Below are positions 44,646 to 53,282 of a DNA stretch of 64,000 bases, piece by piece. The stretch lies in NCBI GenBank assembly GCA_041671045.1, contig JBAZCF010000008.1, positions 16,762-80,761 on the forward strand, given 5' to 3'. Source of the DNA: Parachlamydiales bacterium. Its GTDB lineage: Bacteria > Chlamydiota > Chlamydiia > Chlamydiales > JABDDJ01. A program made the position numbers and the translations under genes. The first letter of the stretch is position 1, and the number at the start of each line of letters is the position of its first letter. Below the pieces are notes generated by a model. That model saw only the letters and a program-made list of their open reading frames with translations, did not search any database and was not told where the DNA came from.

Positions 44646-46166
44646 ATGTCACAGTTTAGTGTAAATTCCACTCCGCCGACTACCAAGCCGGAAACTCCTC
44701 AAAATGTTTCTACTGCTAAAACTATTTCCAATTATGTTGGTCACGGTTTAAAAAAAATTTCTAACGGTACAAGTAGAATTGGTTTAAAGCTTATAGATAT
44801 TACTCACAATATTTTTTCAAAACCTGAGGTTCGTCCCTCCCCTTTGAGTGGCAGAACCCGCGCAACTGTTACACAACTTAACCAACATACCTTATCTACT
44901 ACAGCACCTATAGGCGAAAAACTAGCCAATGTACCTAAACATGCTGAACTTGCTCCCAATTCTTATAAAAATCTGCCTTTTGGAGAGATAACCCTCTATC
45001 TCACCCACATCATAGACAAGGCTGTAAACGGTCCTGCAGAAGGTGAAGTTTTTACTAAAGTAGCTGATTTAGTGACTGAAGAAGGATTTGAAACGAAAGT
45101 TAAACAAAATATTTCACTTTTAGAACAAAAATTAAAAGAAATTCAGACCGATCTGGAGAAGAGTAGTGGCAAACTTACTCCAGAGCTGAAAACCAAGATT
45201 ACTCAATATGTTCAGCTTGCCGATAAGATGGCCCGTTTTAGCAATTTCATCCTACGCAACATCACTAATGGAGTGGCTTTAGGCAATGTTAACCTAACAA
45301 AAGAGCAGGGTGAAAAGCTGAATAACATTGGTAAAACAGCACTAAAATTCAATGATCAGCTCCAAAATTTGACTATTGGATTGAAAGATCATCTTGATCA
45401 TTCACATATTAGAGCGTTAATCAGAACCCCCGAAATAGAAAGTTCAACGGTATCTGATAGCTTGAACGAACTATTAAAGCAGCAAGGGGTAACGATTTAT
45501 AATTACCCGGTCGAAAGGCCTATCGGAAATGCCGTCACTAATTTTGATAATATCCCCAAAGAACTAGCCGCAGGAAAAATTTACTCTCCTGAACGTTTCG
45601 ACGGAGCGATAAAAGAAGAGCAAAAGATACAAAAAAGATTGAATGAGCAGATAAGTTTAAATCAAGAATTTCCAAATGCCGAGAGCGAAGGTGAAATAGC
45701 AAAAGACGGTAAGCTCCTGGAAGAATCTAAAGTTCGCGAAAGCAATATTAAGGAATTCAGGGATAGTTTTACTCCCGACGTAGCAAAATGGCCCGCATCC
45801 AATGGCATTAATAGCGGAAATATTAGCGAGTACACCGCTATGCTATATCAGATGGATGAAAATTCAGGATATGCCGGAAAAGTAGATAAACAGGAGTTTT
45901 CAAACTACATGACGGGGTTATTGCAGACAACTTTAAGCGATTGTGGAAATGAGACGGAAAAGATGAAAGGACAGCTTGAGAAAGGTGAGAAAACCGATAG
46001 TTTTCTCTCTGCACGTTATCGCGATGTACATACGACCATGACGCTCCTTTTGAAAAAAGAAAATGTTCGAGAAGCTTTGGGCGAGGATAATATCCACGCG
46101 ATGGAGAACATGCTGGCCCAATTGAAAGACAGTGTAGATAGTATGAGTGTATTAGGTCCTAAGTAA
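44646..46166 (+). CDS. hypothetical protein with Ser/Thr/Pro/Asn-rich N-terminus and helical, Lys/Glu-rich body
   Basis: 506 aa; MSQFSVNSTPPTTKPETPQNVSTAKT...; no signal peptide, no motif recognised. Confidence 0.6.
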   Translation: MSQFSVNSTPPTTKPETPQNVSTAKTISNYVGHGLKKISNGTSRIGLKLIDITHNIFSKPEVRPSPLSGRTRATVTQLNQHTLSTTAPIGEKLANVPKHAELAPNSYKNLPFGEITLYLTHIIDKAVNGPAEGEVFTKVADLVTEEGFETKVKQNISLLEQKLKEIQTDLEKSSGKLTPELKTKITQYVQLADKMARFSNFILRNITNGVALGNVNLTKEQGEKLNNIGKTALKFNDQLQNLTIGLKDHLDHSHIRALIRTPEIESSTVSDSLNELLKQQGVTIYNYPVERPIGNAVTNFDNIPKELAAGKIYSPERFDGAIKEEQKIQKRLNEQISLNQEFPNAESEGEIAKDGKLLEESKVRESNIKEFRDSFTPDVAKWPASNGINSGNISEYTAMLYQMDENSGYAGKVDKQEFSNYMTGLLQTTLSDCGNETEKMKGQLEKGEKTDSFLSARYRDVHTTMTLLLKKENVREALGEDNIHAMENMLAQLKDSVDSMSVLGPK

Positions 46167-46168
46167 AT

Positions 46169-46795
46169 TTACTTTTCGATATCCCCATTCCCATTTTTCC
46201 GATGAAAGAAGATGCTAAGGCCAATGAATATGAGTACAATTATCGTCGTCATAATGAGATCGGGGCCAAAAGTAATATCTTCCACAAGTTCAAAGACATA
46301 ATGTCCGAAGAAATACCCTAGAGCAACAAAAGTGCTGACCCAGATGAAAGCCCCTGTGTAGGCGAATAATGCAAACTGCCTGAAATCAAGATACGTCATG
46401 CCGGCAAAAAAGCCTGTAAAATGGCGCACACCTGCAATAAAATACCCTACAACAAGGGTCCATTTGCCAAATTTTTGAAACCAGGAGTGGGCGATTTCAA
46501 CTTTAGCTGGAGTCAAGCCCACCCAGCTGCCAAATCTGTTAATAAAATACATGCCTGCCGATCGACCGATGAAGTAACTTGTGGTAATTCCGCACATACT
46601 GCCTGCGTACGCGGCGAGCAGAGTTTCTTTAGGTTCAAGCGATCCTTTAGCAATCAAGATGCCGGTAAGAATCATCAATGTGTCTTCGGGAACAGGCAAT
46701 GCGATAATTCCTAGGACTAGTAGAAAAAATATGGCTATACTTCCATAGCTGAGCAGCCACTCGGTAATTGCTTGATGATCTTGAATAGCTTCCAT
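46169..46795 (-). CDS. DedA-family membrane protein
   Basis: IALPVPEDTLMILTGILIA and following TM pattern; start set to ATG 46795. Confidence 0.75.
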   Translation of the reverse strand: MEAIQDHQAITEWLLSYGSIAIFFLLVLGIIALPVPEDTLMILTGILIAKGSLEPKETLLAAYAGSMCGITTSYFIGRSAGMYFINRFGSWVGLTPAKVEIAHSWFQKFGKWTLVVGYFIAGVRHFTGFFAGMTYLDFRQFALFAYTGAFIWVSTFVALGYFFGHYVFELVEDITFGPDLIMTTIIVLIFIGLSIFFHRKNGNGDIEK

Positions 46796-46882
46796 GATAT
46801 TTTTTCCACTGCGAATTATCTCTACTCTATACACCTAATCATTTTGTTGCATCCTTTACGGAAAAAGAGTTACGTTAAGGAG

Positions 46883-47650
46883 ATGATCCGATTTATTCTA
46901 CTTTTTCTTTTACTGCCCTTGGCTTTGACCTGTAAGGAAAAGGCTTTAAAGGTTGGCATGGAGCTAGCCTATCCCCCTTTCGAAACTATATGTCCTGATG
47001 GATTGCCTTGCGGTATCAGCGTAGATATTGCCAAAGACTTAGGTAAATATCTCCATCGGAAAACTGTAATTGAGAATATCCCCTTCATAGGGTTAGTTCC
47101 GTCATTGAAAACGGAGAAAATTGATGCAATCATTTCTTCTATGACGATCACACCCGGAAGAAAACGCTCCATCAATTTTTCCATGCCCTATGCCACTATT
47201 GGATTGAGCCTATTAATTAGCGAGGACTCCACTGTCCATGGGATTGAAGATGTAAATAAAGAAGGGATGAAAGTTGTTGTTAAATCCGGTACAAGTGGTG
47301 AAGTCTATGCAGCCAAAAACCTTCCCCTAGCAAGAATCCGCATATTAGATAAAGAATCGATGTGTGTTTTAGAAGTTGTCCAGGGAAAAGCTGATGTTTT
47401 TATCTATGATCAGCTATCCATTTATAGAAATTGGCAGCGCAATCTCTCTACTACTCGTGTGAACTTAAAATCTTTTCAAAATGAATATTGGGGTATTGGC
47501 ATTGCCAAAGACAATCCCGAATTACTCTCTGAAGTCAATTCTTTCATTGAAGAGTATCACAAAAAAGATAGATTTAACAAACTGGCAAAAAAATATCTCT
47601 CCAAAGAATTAAGTGCCTTTAAAGAATTAGAAATCCCATTTATATTTTGA
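46883..47650 (+). CDS. polar amino-acid ABC transporter substrate-binding lipoprotein
   Basis: lipobox-like LPLALTC; KVGMELAYPPFE, IDAIISSMTITPGR; AAGGAG before ATG 46883. Confidence 0.85.
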   Translation: MIRFILLFLLLPLALTCKEKALKVGMELAYPPFETICPDGLPCGISVDIAKDLGKYLHRKTVIENIPFIGLVPSLKTEKIDAIISSMTITPGRKRSINFSMPYATIGLSLLISEDSTVHGIEDVNKEGMKVVVKSGTSGEVYAAKNLPLARIRILDKESMCVLEVVQGKADVFIYDQLSIYRNWQRNLSTTRVNLKSFQNEYWGIGIAKDNPELLSEVNSFIEEYHKKDRFNKLAKKYLSKELSAFKELEIPFIF

Positions 47651-47653
47651 ATA

Positions 47654-48391
47654 ATGAATAAGTTTTTAGTAGCCATTCAAATTTTCTTAGGTGTAGCACT
47701 CGTAAGCTTCACGTTATTTCTTCTTCTATCCTTGGGGAATCTCCAATGGAGCGAGGTGTGGGCATATCGAAAAGTTTTCTGGAACGGATGGAAAAATACA
47801 GTCTATATCTCAGTTTGTAGTTTAGGTCTTAGCCTGGCTATTGGGATATTTACAGCTTTACTTAGACGCTCCGGCATTCCTTTAGCTGTTTTCCTTTCTA
47901 GATTTTTTGTGGAGCTAATCCGTGGGACGCCTCTGCTAGTGCAGATACTATTTTTCTATTACGTAGTAGCACATCAAGTCGGCTTAGAGAACCGTTTTAT
48001 TGCAGGCATTATCATCCTTTCTATTTTCCATGCGGCCTATATTGCCGAAATGATCCGCACAGGGATTGAGAACGTGAGCGCAACCCAGCTTGAATCTGCG
48101 CATGCTATCGGACTGACGACATTTCAAAGCTACCGCTTTGTAATTTTTCCCCAAGCCATTAGGCAAGTCACGCCCCCCCTAGCAGGGCAATTTGCCTCTA
48201 TCATCAAAGATTCTTCTCTTTTGTCTATCATCGGCATTAATGAGTTGACCAACAGCGCCCAGCAGGTCAACAGTGCTACTTATAGTACTTTAGAAAGCTT
48301 TTTCCCGCTTGCTTTAGGATATTTAATATTGACGCTGCCCATATCGCTGTTAAGTAAAAAGCTTGAAAATAGATTCCATTATGAAACTTGA
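47654..48391 (+). CDS. polar amino-acid ABC transporter permease
   Basis: FVELIRGTPLLVQILFFYY, EMIRTGIENV...ESAHAIGLT (EAA-type loop). Confidence 0.85.
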   Translation: MNKFLVAIQIFLGVALVSFTLFLLLSLGNLQWSEVWAYRKVFWNGWKNTVYISVCSLGLSLAIGIFTALLRRSGIPLAVFLSRFFVELIRGTPLLVQILFFYYVVAHQVGLENRFIAGIIILSIFHAAYIAEMIRTGIENVSATQLESAHAIGLTTFQSYRFVIFPQAIRQVTPPLAGQFASIIKDSSLLSIIGINELTNSAQQVNSATYSTLESFFPLALGYLILTLPISLLSKKLENRFHYET

Positions 48392-49112
48392 AATCTCTAA
48401 GTTAACAAAGACTTTTGGCCCTCAGAAGGCCATTTCATCGATGGATCTGGTTCTGCCTGACTGTCAATCGCTCCTATTTATCGGCCCTTCAGGCAGCGGT
48501 AAGTCCACATTACTTCGTCTTTTAGCGGGCTTGGAATATCCAAATAGCGGAACGATGACCATCAATGACCAACCTATTGTGTATGAGGAAGAAGCTCTCA
48601 GAAAATATCGGAGCAGCTTAGGCATCGTGTTCCAGTCATGGAATCTTTTCCCCCACCTGACAGCGTTAGAAAACATTGTTTTGCCTTTACATAGAGTCCA
48701 CGGCCTAAGTAAAGAAGAGGCTATCGCTAGAAGCTTAGAGCTATTGCGACGCTTTGGGTTGGAAAAACATGCGCATAAGAAACCGTATGCCCTATCAGGA
48801 GGGCAAGTCCAAAGAATTGCGTTGATCCGGGCTGTTTCCATACAACCTAAAATGCTCATGCTCGATGAGCCTACATCCGCTTTGGATCCGCTGATGACAG
48901 CAGAGGTCTTGGACCTTATTATGGAATTAAAGAAAGATGAAAAAGATTTCGTCTTAGTGACGCATCATCTACAGTTTGCTCGGAAGGTAGCTGACTGGGT
49001 TTTGTTTATTGCAGAAGGGCAAATTATTGAACATGGCACCCCTGACAGCTTATTCAACCATCCTAAATCGCCTCTTGTCAAAGAGTATATGGAAAAAGTC
49101 TTGGCTTACTAG
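48381..49112 (+). CDS. polar amino-acid ABC transporter ATP-binding protein
   Basis: GPSGSGKST (Walker A), LSGGQVQRIALIRA (signature), MLMLDEPTSALD (Walker B). Confidence 0.9.
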   Translation: MKLEISKLTKTFGPQKAISSMDLVLPDCQSLLFIGPSGSGKSTLLRLLAGLEYPNSGTMTINDQPIVYEEEALRKYRSSLGIVFQSWNLFPHLTALENIVLPLHRVHGLSKEEAIARSLELLRRFGLEKHAHKKPYALSGGQVQRIALIRAVSIQPKMLMLDEPTSALDPLMTAEVLDLIMELKKDEKDFVLVTHHLQFARKVADWVLFIAEGQIIEHGTPDSLFNHPKSPLVKEYMEKVLAY

Positions 49113-49145
49113 GTCATTAGACTCTTTTGAAATTCCATTTGATTT

Positions 49146-50510
49146 CTATATTAACTCATAAGGCAGTTCCAAGGTTTTAAATTGGCGCAATTGCTGAAAG
49201 TAGGCTGTGCTATTCTGCGTGAAAAAGTCTATCACTATCCCTCGAGCTAATCTATGGGCGCCAATTCCTATACCCGGTATGTCGCTGCTGATTATCCCGT
49301 GGCTTAGAGCTGCGCTATGGTTGAAACAATAAATGTTCTTAAGAAACTCTCGATTGCTATTTGTCTTAGGAATCAATTGAAAATGGGGACCTAAGTAAGG
49401 GGCGCCATTAAACTTAGGATTTGAGGTGGGCTCCTTATCCTTCCACGAAAAGAAATCATCAACAAATGGCGTTAATAATGGCTGTGATGGAACAACGTTG
49501 ATAAATCCTGTTGCAAGAATAAGATAATCGAAGCTTTTAGTCCCCTTGGCAGTCTCTAACTGAATTTTTTCGTCTTTCACCTGTACAGCTTCCACTTCTG
49601 CTCCCCTCTCAAAATGAAAGTGAGGCTGTTTTGAAATTCGCTCTATTGCTTCATGCGGAGGCGGAGTGCCATCGCTGCGGATCTCACGCATGAATTCTAT
49701 TTTTTGTTTATCTGTCAGGTAATAGTAACCTTCCAGAAATCCAGGGTAGATTAATGAGGCACTTTTGTTAACTCTGGGGATATCTTCATGGCGTATGACG
49801 ATAGTTGCGGATGCAGCGCCTGCTTCTAAGGCTGTGGCTGCAGCGTCAAAAGCGGATGCGCCAGCCCCCACAACCCCTAACCTTTTATTTATAAGTAACT
49901 TAAAATCAATGCTTTCTAACGTGTGAGCATAATATTTTTTGGGAACGTCACTCATAAAAGCGGGGATTTGTGCACTGCCTCGTCCTGTTGCTAAAATAAT
50001 CTTGCTGGCAGTCGCGACCCTTCCATTCGAAAACAACTGCATATTTGACCCGTCGTAATCGATTTTTTGTATGGGAAAACCGTTATTTACCGGCAAATTC
50101 AACACTTCTCTAAACCAAATCAAGTACTGCATCCATTGTGCTCTTGGAATTTTATAGAGTTTCTCCCACCCGTTTTCTCCAAATTGAGCTTCATACCAAG
50201 CCCTAAACGTTAGTAAAGGAAAGTCATAGGCGGGCCCTGTCAGCTCTTTGCCTGAGCGCAAAAGATTCATTCTGGCATAAGTTGTCCAAGGGCCCTCTTC
50301 GCCTTCCTTTGCAGTCTCGAAAATTTGAAAGTTTACAATCCCCTGTTTAAGTAGGGCAAAAGCTGCGGAAATTCCGGCCATTCCGGCTCCAATAACTGCT
50401 ACATCCATATTTTTTTGCGGATTGATTATCCAAGAAGCAGGGGGAAATTCTATACAATCCAACTGCTGAAAAATTTTTTCTTTTAGGATTTCTAATGCTT
50501 CGTTTTTCAT
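49146..50510 (-). CDS. FAD/NAD(P)-binding oxidoreductase, flavin-monooxygenase-like
   Basis: two dinucleotide-binding motifs VIGAGMAGISAA and VVGAGASAFDAA. Confidence 0.7.
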   Translation of the reverse strand: MKNEALEILKEKIFQQLDCIEFPPASWIINPQKNMDVAVIGAGMAGISAAFALLKQGIVNFQIFETAKEGEEGPWTTYARMNLLRSGKELTGPAYDFPLLTFRAWYEAQFGENGWEKLYKIPRAQWMQYLIWFREVLNLPVNNGFPIQKIDYDGSNMQLFSNGRVATASKIILATGRGSAQIPAFMSDVPKKYYAHTLESIDFKLLINKRLGVVGAGASAFDAAATALEAGAASATIVIRHEDIPRVNKSASLIYPGFLEGYYYLTDKQKIEFMREIRSDGTPPPHEAIERISKQPHFHFERGAEVEAVQVKDEKIQLETAKGTKSFDYLILATGFINVVPSQPLLTPFVDDFFSWKDKEPTSNPKFNGAPYLGPHFQLIPKTNSNREFLKNIYCFNHSAALSHGIISSDIPGIGIGAHRLARGIVIDFFTQNSTAYFQQLRQFKTLELPYELI

Positions 50511-50595
50511 CAGCAGCTCTACGGAATTAAATAATTATATTGACGCTCTCACTATAAAGCACTAAGCTTAAATTAAACCACAACGAGGGTTTAAA

Positions 50596-50745
50596 ATGAG
50601 ATTTAACGGAAACATTGGATTTCTTCTATTAGCAATTTACCTGATCCTAATAGGGATAATTTCTTTAACAGGAGTAGCAATTCCTCCTATAGTTTTAGGA
50701 ATTTTAGCTTTAGTTGCAGGTATTTTACTGCTTATCGGAAGATAA
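50596..50745 (+). CDS. possible 49-aa two-TM membrane peptide (below ORF-track cutoff)
   Basis: my translation MRFNGNIGFLLLAIYLILIGIISLTGVAIPPIVLGILALVAGILLLIGR; GAGGG upstream. Confidence 0.45.
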   Translation: MRFNGNIGFLLLAIYLILIGIISLTGVAIPPIVLGILALVAGILLLIGR

Positions 50746-50875
50746 TCTTAATTTCTGAATAGGTGCAATTTTAGTCATTGCACCTATTCTCTCCTCTATT
50801 TTTCTTTAACATTTAGCATTTCTTTCCCTTGGCATTTCTTTTGCTATTTATAGTTTGAATTCTAGGGAGAAATCT

Positions 50876-53269
50876 ATGTCTTTACCCAATTTTTCCGTCG
50901 ATCTATTGAATACCGCTATTCGAGATGGGAGTTTAAATGGAGAAAATTTTGAAAATTTAATGAAAAATAATGAGTTTTTGAGCTCGCCGGATCTCTACTC
51001 TGCAGCTGTGGCGGTTATTAATTCCTATAAAGAAACCAAGAAAGACATGCCGGCAATAAAAAGGGCGTATGACATTTTAGAGAATACAAATGTCAAAAGT
51101 TTGCCCATCAATCAAACAGGTATTACCAGCTATTTTTCAATGTGGGGCTTTAATAACGCTAAAGCGCGTTCTCAAGAGATTATTTCCACTCATTTCTCCG
51201 ATTATCTGGAAGCAGTAACCACCCAACGCACAACGGGCATCGATCTAGAAAAAAAACTAGTACGGCACGCCCGGCAGGTAGAGGCATTTCTGAAGGCCTT
51301 TGGAGTCGAGGAAAATGAATGGAAAGAACTTAAGTCAGATCTTGCGCAGGGTAAGGAAGCGGATGGTGTAAAACATTGGAATAATATTTTAGCCCAAGTC
51401 AGAGCTACAAGCAATGGAGCACTAAAAACGACTAAAGATGTCGAAGATTTCCTACTAGGTCATAAAACTGTACAACATCTTGTAAATCCTACCAATCCTC
51501 TTCAAGCACGCCTCCTTGGTGCCTACGCGCATATAGATTCCCTAATGAACACTTCTTCCCTCTTTACAGTAAGGCATCATCAAGGTCTGGGAGTGTCGGT
51601 ACTTGGTTCTGAAAAAGAAACGTTACAAAACCAAGAAAATTTTCTTAATATTTGGGCAAACGTACAAGTCGGTTTACTGCTAGGTGATCATCAAGCTGTT
51701 GAGAATTCATTAAACACTAAATTGCCTCGATTGAACGAATCTATAAATTCAGGAGTAGCCCCATTCAGAAGTATCATCACAAATTTAGATCCTTCGATTA
51801 AGATTCTTCTACATAATGTGCCTATAACAAGTTTGCCTAAGTGTCCTTACAGTATAAAAATGGAACGCGGAGTTCAACTTCCTGTTGCCTTAGATAACCG
51901 TTTTTATTTTGCGGCCGCAGCTCCACGCAGCCCTTCGTCCTCCCAAGACTTTTTACAGTCTGCAGCTAAAAACAATGTGGGAGTGATTGTGGATCTACAA
52001 GGTGAGCTGGAAAGCTGGGATAAACTTATTCCCTCGCGAATGGGTGAAGAAGCAAATGGTGTAAAGCTACTGGACAAAGAAGACGAAAAAATCCCCGGTG
52101 CTTCAGCTAATTCCCAGTATATGACCCGACATACAGTTGAAGTCACACTTCCGGAAGGCAAAAAAAGACAATTTAAAGTTTTGCGCATGCACAATTGGAA
52201 TACTCAAGAAAGTTTAGATAGTGCTGCACTCACTTATGTCAGTAGAGAAGCGGCAAAATTAGAGCAGCAAACGAATGGAAAGCTTTTGGTCATTTCCGGC
52301 GAAGGGAAGCAGCGAACCTCTGCCTTTTTGATCTATCATCATCTATCTCAAAAAGAGGTGCCTTCTATTAATGATTCCTTAGCAGATACATCCAACGAAT
52401 ATGCTCATTTTGCAGCCCGAGGAACCCATTATGATAACACTGTAAAAGAAGCTCTAGAATTGAATAAGCAACCGGTACCTATTACAGGTGCTGATGAAAA
52501 GCTTATGACACGACAAGGGCTTATCCAAAATGCTGTCGGCCGAACTGTACAGATTATTAAAGTCATACAGCAGATTACACTTCCCGACACCTTTCAGAAA
52601 ATAATGGAAAGTCAGATAGACCACTTTGTATCCGGATTGGACGAAGAAAATCAGCGCCTCTGTATTAGCATCTTAGCCGATACTGCCGGATTAGTCTTAA
52701 AATCACGAGGCGAACCCGATAAAATCAGGCAAGCTGTGCTGTATCTTTTGAATCATGGTATCACCTATTCACAACTCGAACAAAAATACAAAGATACCTT
52801 TCCGGAACATCCTTCAGATATCCAAAGTGTGATGTCAAGTCTTATCGAACCTAAAGTATTTAAAAAAATCTATCCAGAAAGCGCTTCATATCCTTTTTTG
52901 TATGGTTTTTTCGAAAATAAGCTTCAACTAGAAAAGCGGCCTTCTGATGTCGCCGATGTAATAGAAGAAATTGAGGGCAATATCGCAGGGGTAAGTAGCA
53001 ATGCTTTGCTAATGCACAGTGAACTTAGAAGAGGACTGAACGCGAAACTGCTTAACATTGAGTCAATCAATAAGTTTGTTGAATCTAGATATGCTCCCCT
53101 GTTGTCAGACTTCCACAGACTATTAAAAAACTTGAGCCCCCTTGAAGTACCCTCAATTAATCCTAAGGTATTCAGTATTGCAGAACCTAAAGCTATAGGC
53201 CTTACCACACAGGAACACCTAGATCAAATGACACCCGAACAAAGAAAGGCAGAATCAAAACGCCCTTAA
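50876..53269 (+). CDS. family member B: shared N-terminal module + PTP-like domain (Ser at Cys position) + helical region, no LRRs
   Basis: start set to ATG 50876 (AGGGAG upstream; aligns with start of member C); ORF track starts at TTG 50855. Confidence 0.8.
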   Translation: MSLPNFSVDLLNTAIRDGSLNGENFENLMKNNEFLSSPDLYSAAVAVINSYKETKKDMPAIKRAYDILENTNVKSLPINQTGITSYFSMWGFNNAKARSQEIISTHFSDYLEAVTTQRTTGIDLEKKLVRHARQVEAFLKAFGVEENEWKELKSDLAQGKEADGVKHWNNILAQVRATSNGALKTTKDVEDFLLGHKTVQHLVNPTNPLQARLLGAYAHIDSLMNTSSLFTVRHHQGLGVSVLGSEKETLQNQENFLNIWANVQVGLLLGDHQAVENSLNTKLPRLNESINSGVAPFRSIITNLDPSIKILLHNVPITSLPKCPYSIKMERGVQLPVALDNRFYFAAAAPRSPSSSQDFLQSAAKNNVGVIVDLQGELESWDKLIPSRMGEEANGVKLLDKEDEKIPGASANSQYMTRHTVEVTLPEGKKRQFKVLRMHNWNTQESLDSAALTYVSREAAKLEQQTNGKLLVISGEGKQRTSAFLIYHHLSQKEVPSINDSLADTSNEYAHFAARGTHYDNTVKEALELNKQPVPITGADEKLMTRQGLIQNAVGRTVQIIKVIQQITLPDTFQKIMESQIDHFVSGLDEENQRLCISILADTAGLVLKSRGEPDKIRQAVLYLLNHGITYSQLEQKYKDTFPEHPSDIQSVMSSLIEPKVFKKIYPESASYPFLYGFFENKLQLEKRPSDVADVIEEIEGNIAGVSSNALLMHSELRRGLNAKLLNIESINKFVESRYAPLLSDFHRLLKNLSPLEVPSINPKVFSIAEPKAIGLTTQEHLDQMTPEQRKAESKRP

Positions 53270-53282
53270 ATAAGGAGGGGAT

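Noticed and set aside
53270-53282. Members B and C as one gene interrupted by a stop
   Set aside because: C restarts with the family N-terminal module, which aligns to the N-terminus of B, and has its own strong RBS. They are tandem paralogues, not halves of one gene.
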